A DNA stretch of 60,999 nt, the filler included. It is 8 parts of 8 records of this genome, joined end to end, with 100 filler letters (N's around TTAATTAATTAA, not from the genome) between each part and the next. Parts side by side here need not be neighbours in the genome. Positions count along the whole stretch, not along the records: positions 50,537 to 55,892 come from SRR31147125_34822; positions 55,993 to 60,999 come from SRR31147125_34825; 6 more parts are not named here. One strand, written 5' to 3'. Numbering within the stretch: the first letter of the stretch is position 1; the number at the start of each line of letters is the position of its first letter. The translations under genes were made by a program, and so were the position numbers. Positions 55,410 to 60,999 of the stretch are shown here, in pieces. The notes under the pieces are model-generated. The model worked only from the letters and a program-made list of their open reading frames with translations. It did not search any database and was not told where the DNA came from.

Positions 55410-55685
55410 TGTACATTCCTTTCTAATTTAGGAAATAATTATTTTTTTATAATAACATACCTAAATATCTGAATCAAATATCTTTTATCAACTGCAAAAT
55501 ATACAACTATACTTTTTACATTTAACATCAAAAAACAGCTTAGAAGTTTATTAATCATATCCTAATGTTAAGCCCACGTTAATTGCAGGTTAAATAGCGC
55601 CCTCAAACGCAATATAAATATTCATATATGTTAAAATTCAATCAGAGATAATATTTACAAAAATTATCATGAGGTAGAGAAAGTT

Positions 55686-55892
55686 ATGTCAAAATTAAAA
55701 AGATTAACTATAATTGTGTTGGTAATGCTGCTATGTTGTACTGTAGTGTTTTCGGGCTGTTCTTCAATAGGTCAAGTGACAATAAGCATAGTGTCAGGCA
55801 GCGAAAACAAAACCCTGGAGCCTATAATTGAAGAATTTGAAAGAGAGTACAATGTAAATGTTGAAATGCATTACAAAGGCTCTGTAGACATT
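55686..55892 (+). CDS. Solute-binding lipoprotein, partial
   Basis: Lipobox FSGC; SGSENKTLEPII..YKGSVDI resembles the N-terminus of SBP-vWA proteins; truncated. Confidence 0.65.
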
Positions 55893-55992
55893 NNNNNNNN
55901 NNNNNNNNNNNNNNNNNNNNNNNNNNNNNNNNNNNNTTAATTAATTAANNNNNNNNNNNNNNNNNNNNNNNNNNNNNNNNNNNNNNNNNNNN
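55893..55992. other. Artificial contig linker
   Basis: N44-TTAATTAATTAA-N44. Confidence 0.97.
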
Positions 55993-55993
55993 G

Positions 55994-57721
55994 CAGTTCG
56001 GGGCTGAGAACCTGACAAAGGTTCTTTATCCAAATGATTGCTTCTACCTTGGTAAGGAATTACGCCTCAAACAGCAGTATTTCTTTGTCTGCTGTTCGCT
56101 CCATGATATCCTCAGAAGGTTTAAGAGTTCTGGTAAGCCTATTGAAGAGCTTCCTGATATGGCTGCTATTCAGATGAATGATACTCATCCGTCAATCGCA
56201 GTTGCAGAGTTAATGCGAATTCTTATTGATGAGCATGAGCTTGACTGGGATAAAGCCTGGGATGTTACTGTAAAAACAATGGGTTATACCAACCATACGC
56301 TTATGCCAGAAGCGCTTGAGAAGTGGGCTGTGCCTATGTTTGAGAAACTGCTGCCGCGTCACCTCCAGATTATCTATGAAATCAATGCCAAATTCCTGCA
56401 GGATGTGGCTATGAAATATCCTGGTGATAACGAACGTATGCGCCGGATGAGCCTTATTCAGGAAGGCGATACCAAGATGATCCGTATGGCTCAGCTTGCT
56501 ATTGTCGGTAGTCACTCAATCAATGGTGTGGCAGCCCTGCATACAGAACTGCTCAAAGAGTTCCTTGTGCCTGATTTTGCAGAGATGTATCCTGATCGCT
56601 TTAATAATAAGACAAACGGCGTTACTCAGCGTAGGTTCTTGCTCAAGGCGAATCCACCGCTTGCCAGCCTTATTACCGAGACAATCGGTGATAGCTGGAT
56701 TACCAATCTGGAAGATCTTAAAAAGCTTATCCCTTATGCTGATGATGCTGAGTTCCGCAAGAAGTTCCTCAAGGTGAAGAAAGAGGCAAAGGTTACTTTG
56801 GTTGAATGGGCGAAGGAGCTTTACGGCTTTGAGATCAATCCTGATACAATCTTTGATACACAGGTCAAGAGGCTCCATGAGTACAAGCGTCAGCTACTCA
56901 ACGCACTTCATATCGTGGTGTTATATAATAGACTCCGTAAGGGGCAGGATGTCGAACCAAGAACATTCCTCTTCGGTGCTAAGGCTGCGCCGGGGTACTT
57001 TATGGCAAAGCTTATTATCAAGCTGATCAATAATATCTCTGCAGTTGTCAATAATGACCCTGCATCAAAGGATAAGATAAATATTTTCTTCCTGCCTAAC
57101 TATCGAGTCTCTGCAGCAGAGAAGATTATCCCTGCGACTGATGTCAGTGAACAGATATCTACAGCTGGTACAGAAGCATCAGGTACTGGTAATATGAAGT
57201 TCATGATGAATGGTGCAATGACTCTTGGTACACTCGACGGGGCTAATGTTGAGATTGTCGAAGAAGCGGGCGAAGAGAATGCCTTTATCTTCGGTCTCAA
57301 GGCTCATGAAGTCGAAGAGCTCAAAGAGAATGGTTATAATCCTTATGACTACTATAATAATAATGAAGAGATCAAGGAAGCTATCGATCTGATCTTCTCA
57401 GGTCACTTCAGTGTCAATGAGCCGGGTATCTTTGAGCCTATCAGAGAGACAATCTTTGAAAGTGGTGATTTCTATATGCATATGGCTGACCTTGGCAGTT
57501 ATATCGAAGCACAGAGAAAGGTCGAAGAAGCTTACAGAGATCAGGAGAAGTGGGCGAAGATGGCTATTATCAATATTGCAACCTCAGGTAAGTTCTCATC
57601 TGATAGAACTATTCAGCAGTATGCAGATGAAATCTGGAATGTCGAGTTTGTGAGATTGAAGAGCCTGATTATCTTGATAATCCTGTTGATGAATTCAAAG
57701 GACAGAAGTAAAATAATTTGA
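55994..57721 (+). CDS. glgP: Glycogen/starch phosphorylase, 5' truncated
   Basis: VLYPND..GKELRLKQQYF, QMNDTHP, NKTNGVT.RR, KRLHEYKRQ, PLP motif EASGTGNMKF, FSSDRTI; true stop may be 57711 (frameshift near 57648). Confidence 0.95.
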   Translation, partial: QFGAENLTKVLYPNDCFYLGKELRLKQQYFFVCCSLHDILRRFKSSGKPIEELPDMAAIQMNDTHPSIAVAELMRILIDEHELDWDKAWDVTVKTMGYTNHTLMPEALEKWAVPMFEKLLPRHLQIIYEINAKFLQDVAMKYPGDNERMRRMSLIQEGDTKMIRMAQLAIVGSHSINGVAALHTELLKEFLVPDFAEMYPDRFNNKTNGVTQRRFLLKANPPLASLITETIGDSWITNLEDLKKLIPYADDAEFRKKFLKVKKEAKVTLVEWAKELYGFEINPDTIFDTQVKRLHEYKRQLLNALHIVVLYNRLRKGQDVEPRTFLFGAKAAPGYFMAKLIIKLINNISAVVNNDPASKDKINIFFLPNYRVSAAEKIIPATDVSEQISTAGTEASGTGNMKFMMNGAMTLGTLDGANVEIVEEAGEENAFIFGLKAHEVEELKENGYNPYDYYNNNEEIKEAIDLIFSGHFSVNEPGIFEPIRETIFESGDFYMHMADLGSYIEAQRKVEEAYRDQEKWAKMAIINIATSGKFSSDRTIQQYADEIWNVEFVRLKSLIILIILLMNSKDRSKII

Positions 57722-57743
57722 TAGTTGTAATACTGGTTTTACG

Positions 57744-57781
57744 AGAGAGTAATGACTTTTTAGTTGTTGCTCTCTTTTTTT
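57744..57781 (+). terminator. Intrinsic terminator after glgP
   Basis: AGAGAGTAATGACT...AGTTGTTGCTCTCT followed by a T run. Confidence 0.65.
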
Positions 57782-58334
57782 GTCTGTGGCATAGCGCAGA
57801 ACTGATTACAAAGCTCATAGGAGAAGTCGATAGGAAATCAAAACTCTTTACACATTAATATTTCTAATCAGCTAAATAAATCAATAATATTCACGCGATA
57901 ATTTGTGGTATGTTTATTTTGATAAAGTCATGAAAAATAAAGTAGAATAACTAATCGAGGTAGATGTTCTTCACTCACTAATCTGAAATATGGCAATATC
58001 AAAGTATTGCAAAAAGACGTGAAAACATATTTGAAATTTTTATATTTAAATATTACCGAATTATTTTTTGATCTTATTATTGTTTACTGAAGATCGACTT
58101 TAGTGTGAAAGTTTACCAGTTGGATTAATTTGTTATTATGCTCAGTATGTAAAGTATTAGCTAGTAATACAGGTCAAATTTTTCTATTTATTTTAGATAT
58201 TACAAAACCCGGTTTTATTTTTTTGTCCTCTCTTCTTGTCAGTAGGCACTTGCTATAGAAGTAGGTTTCCTTATTATTAACGGGCTATTTACTAAAGAAG
58301 TAAAATTTTACTAACTATATTATATGGAGTTTTA

Positions 58335-59942
58335 ATGAGTAGCGAAAACAAGATTTTTAAATTAAAGATTAAACGACCGAGAAACTTACGCACTGATATT
58401 CTCTCTGGCTTGACAGTGGCGCTTGCCTTGGTTCCAGAGGCTGTGGCATTCTCGTTTGTGGCACATGTTGATCCAAAAGTTGGGCTTTACGCAGCGTTTA
58501 TGATGGGGCTGATCACGGCAATCTTAGGCGGTAGACCCGGTATGATTTCTGGTGCGACTGGTGCAGTAGCGGTAATCTTTGCTCCTTTAGTTGTCGAACA
58601 AACTAAACTCAATGGTTTGGATTCAGCCATTGGTTATCTCTTTGCAGCTGTAGCCTTGATGGGTATTATTCAGGTTGTATTTGGTGTATTGAGATTCGGT
58701 AAGTTTATCCGCCTCGTACCTCATTCGGTTATGCTGGGTTTTGTCAACGGGCTGGCAATCATTATTTGTAAAGCTCAATTCTCACAGTTTTATGTAGGTG
58801 TTGGTGAAGATAGCGTACTTCTCGCTAATAACCCATTAATGATAATGATTGGTATGATTGCTCTGACTATGGCTATCTGTTATTTTCTGCCGAAATTTAC
58901 TCGAGCAATTCCAGCAACACTTGTGGCGATTATTGTTGTGAGTGTTTTGGCCTATGCTTTAGAGGTGACGGGTATACACAGCTCACGCACAGTAATTGAT
59001 TTTGTGACAGATCTTGATCCATCGACAACCACTCTTTCTGCGTCACTTCCAAGCTTTGCGCTTCCAAATGTGCCTTTCAGTTTTGCTACTTTAAAACTGA
59101 TTCTGCCGTTCTCTTTGTTGGCTGCAGCTGTTGGCCTGATTGAGTCACTGATGACGCTTACTCTAGTTGATGAATTGACCGATACTAGAGGTCGTGGCAA
59201 CAAAGAGAGTATTGCTCAGGGTATTGCCAATATTGCCAATGGTTTCTTTGGTGGCATGGGTGGCTGTGCAATGATTGGGCAGAGTATGATCAATATTCGT
59301 GGTGGTGGTCGAGGGCGAAGCTCAGGTATTGCAGCTGCCGCTTTCTTGCTGATATTTATTCTCTGGGTAGCTCCTTATGTAGAAATGATTCCTCTGGCGG
59401 CTCTGGTTGGTGTGATGTTTATGGTTGTTATCGCCACCTTTGAATGGTCAAGCTTCAGAATTATTCGTGACATACCGAAGTCAGATGTTTTTATCATTGC
59501 GCTTGTTTCTACCGTAACAGTTATCGAAGATCTGGCAATTGCAGTTATTGCTGGTGTTATTGCTTCGGCACTTGTATTCGCCTGGAAGAAGAGTCGTAAA
59601 ATAGTGGCTACTACTGAAGTGACGAATAAGGGTCTTAAAGTATATACGCTTGAGGGCAGCCTGTTCTTTGGTTCGGCGACTTCATTCAAAGAAATATTTG
59701 ACTTTAATAATGATCCGGATGAAATAGTTGTTGATTTTGAAAATTCACGAGTCTATGACCACTCAGGACTCGAAGCGATCAATAACATTACTGAAAAATA
59801 TGCGTCTCTTGATAAGACACTGCATCTCTGTAATTTGAGTAGTGAGTGTGCATCCTTGATTAATAAAGGTAAGAATATCGTTGAGGTCAGTGTTCTTGAG
59901 ACTTTAGAACATCATCACCTTGCTGAAGACTCACTGGGATAG
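58335..59942 (+). CDS. SulP/SLC26 anion transporter with STAS domain
   Basis: LALVPEAVAF, GGRPGMISGATG, GGMGGCAMIGQS, LFFGS, DHSGLEA. Confidence 0.92.
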   Translation: MSSENKIFKLKIKRPRNLRTDILSGLTVALALVPEAVAFSFVAHVDPKVGLYAAFMMGLITAILGGRPGMISGATGAVAVIFAPLVVEQTKLNGLDSAIGYLFAAVALMGIIQVVFGVLRFGKFIRLVPHSVMLGFVNGLAIIICKAQFSQFYVGVGEDSVLLANNPLMIMIGMIALTMAICYFLPKFTRAIPATLVAIIVVSVLAYALEVTGIHSSRTVIDFVTDLDPSTTTLSASLPSFALPNVPFSFATLKLILPFSLLAAAVGLIESLMTLTLVDELTDTRGRGNKESIAQGIANIANGFFGGMGGCAMIGQSMINIRGGGRGRSSGIAAAAFLLIFILWVAPYVEMIPLAALVGVMFMVVIATFEWSSFRIIRDIPKSDVFIIALVSTVTVIEDLAIAVIAGVIASALVFAWKKSRKIVATTEVTNKGLKVYTLEGSLFFGSATSFKEIFDFNNDPDEIVVDFENSRVYDHSGLEAINNITEKYASLDKTLHLCNLSSECASLINKGKNIVEVSVLETLEHHHLAEDSLG

Positions 59943-59987
59943 CAACGCTGAAGGTTCACTAAGATAACAACTGAGATTTATTTGAAT

Positions 59988-60016
59988 TCCGCTCATTAAT
60001 TTATTGATGAGCGGAT
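59988..60016. terminator. Hairpin downstream of SulP
   Basis: TCCGCTCATTAAT...ATTGATGAGCGGA inverted repeat. Confidence 0.55.
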
Positions 60017-60351
60017 AATTTAATTACTCAGGATATTTCCAATATAAATCCGTATTATGGTGGAATTTCCTTTTGGCTCTCTATGTATGCTGATAAGTCA
60101 CTTCTGATAATCTTTTCATCATCAAACTCAACAGCATCTGGCGCAACAGGCCGAAGTAAGAAATTCGGTTGTACCCCGGCTTGGTATAAACTGCTTGACT
60201 GGGTGGGTAATATTCTTAAAATTTGATATATTGTAGTATTATGTGTTTAGGACACATATGAATTTTTTGGAAAAGTATATGGAAGGACTTTTTCAATTAT
60301 TATGAGTAGGAGGCTGTTCTGTTGAAGAGTCTCTGTGAAGGAGGGGTTTTT

Positions 60352-60999
60352 ATGTGCAGTAATGAGAAGAGTGGTGAGGACTGCCGGTTAGAGCAGCAAG
60401 TCAGCACTCAGAGTATTATTGGAGCAGATGATGAGAATCTTAACAGGATTCTTGGGAAGTCTGTTATCAATGAAAAGGTCAAGGAGTTTATTGTTTATTG
60501 TCCGGCGATCAGCCGTTTCTGCAGACCTGGGCAGTTTATTGTTGTAAGAGCGAGTGAGAAGGCAGAGCGTGTTCCGCTTACAATTGCTGATTACAATGTC
60601 GAAAAAGGCACAATCACTATTGTTGTGCAGATTGTCGGAGTGGCATCAGCCAAGATCGACAGCCTTGAAGTAGGTGACCGTTTTCTTGATATTGTCGGTC
60701 CGCTTGGACATGCGAGTGAGATTGCGAACTTTGGAACTGTGGTCTGTATTGGCGGTGGGCTTGGTATTGCTCCGGTTTACCCGATTCAGAAAGCTCTCAA
60801 GGAGGCTGGCAATACAGTATTTGCTATCTCTGGCGGCAGAAGTAAGGAATTTGTCTTCTGGGAGGAGAAATCTCAGGCAACATCTGATTATTACTTCCCT
60901 GTAACTGATGACGGGACTCATGGAGAAAAAGGTTTTGTAACTACTGTACTCCAGAGGCTGATTGATTCAGGTGAGAAGATTGACAGAGTTATTGCGATC
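60352..60999 (+). CDS. NfnA/SudB-like FAD/NAD-binding subunit, partial
   Basis: AAGGAGG RBS; read by hand PGQFIVVR..ERVPLTIAD, VGPLGH, CIGGGLGIAPVYP, TDDGTHGEKGFVT; runs off the window. Confidence 0.88.
   Translation, partial: MCSNEKSGEDCRLEQQVSTQSIIGADDENLNRILGKSVINEKVKEFIVYCPAISRFCRPGQFIVVRASEKAERVPLTIADYNVEKGTITIVVQIVGVASAKIDSLEVGDRFLDIVGPLGHASEIANFGTVVCIGGGLGIAPVYPIQKALKEAGNTVFAISGGRSKEFVFWEEKSQATSDYYFPVTDDGTHGEKGFVTTVLQRLIDSGEKIDRVIAI

Noticed and set aside
60058-60225. Small minus-strand ORF or riboswitch between SulP and nfnA
   Set aside because: About 55 open codons but no start codon, and no riboswitch consensus recognised.

Overview
This window is not one genome. It is eight unrelated contigs joined by identical 100-nt linkers (N44-TTAATTAATTAA-N44), consistent with an anoxic, probably marine or sediment metagenome or enrichment (inference). 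(1) 1-8592, deltaproteobacterial-like: DctB/DctD two-component system, sigma54 promoter, TAXI-TRAP transporter, TrkH. (2) 8693-17962, Bacteroidota: FrdX/HcpR-like pair, FadL-like porin, TlpA + outer-membrane barrel + T9SS redoxin operon, PQQ-like propeller, pseudouridine synthase. (3) 18063-25525, an intron-dense microbial eukaryote: ankyrin-repeat exons running directly into CHMP7 (probable fusion gene), convergent with a DOCK-C/D GEF. (4) 25626-31654, Bacteroidota: large hypothetical protein, N-terminally extended RNase H, PEP/pyruvate-binding protein. (5) 31755-40492, Desulfobulbales-like: PilZ proteins, rfbAD, manBC, mtnA, amtB-glnK. (6) 40593-50436, Desulfobacterales-like: N-methylglutamate cluster (glxB, a fused glxC-glxD-glxD' gene, gmaS, XRE-cupin regulator) and a large Ca-binding cysteine-protease-like protein. 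(7) 50537-55892, low-GC Bacillota: ABC exporter, broken Fe-S genes, plsY. (8) 55993-60999: glgP, SulP, nfnA-like. Many genes carry single-base frameshifts in homopolymers, probably sequencing errors. All family and taxonomic calls come from recalled motifs, not database searches. Best candidates for novelty: the ankyrin-CHMP7 fusion, the triple-domain N-methylglutamate synthase, and the TlpA/barrel/T9SS thiol-redox operon.
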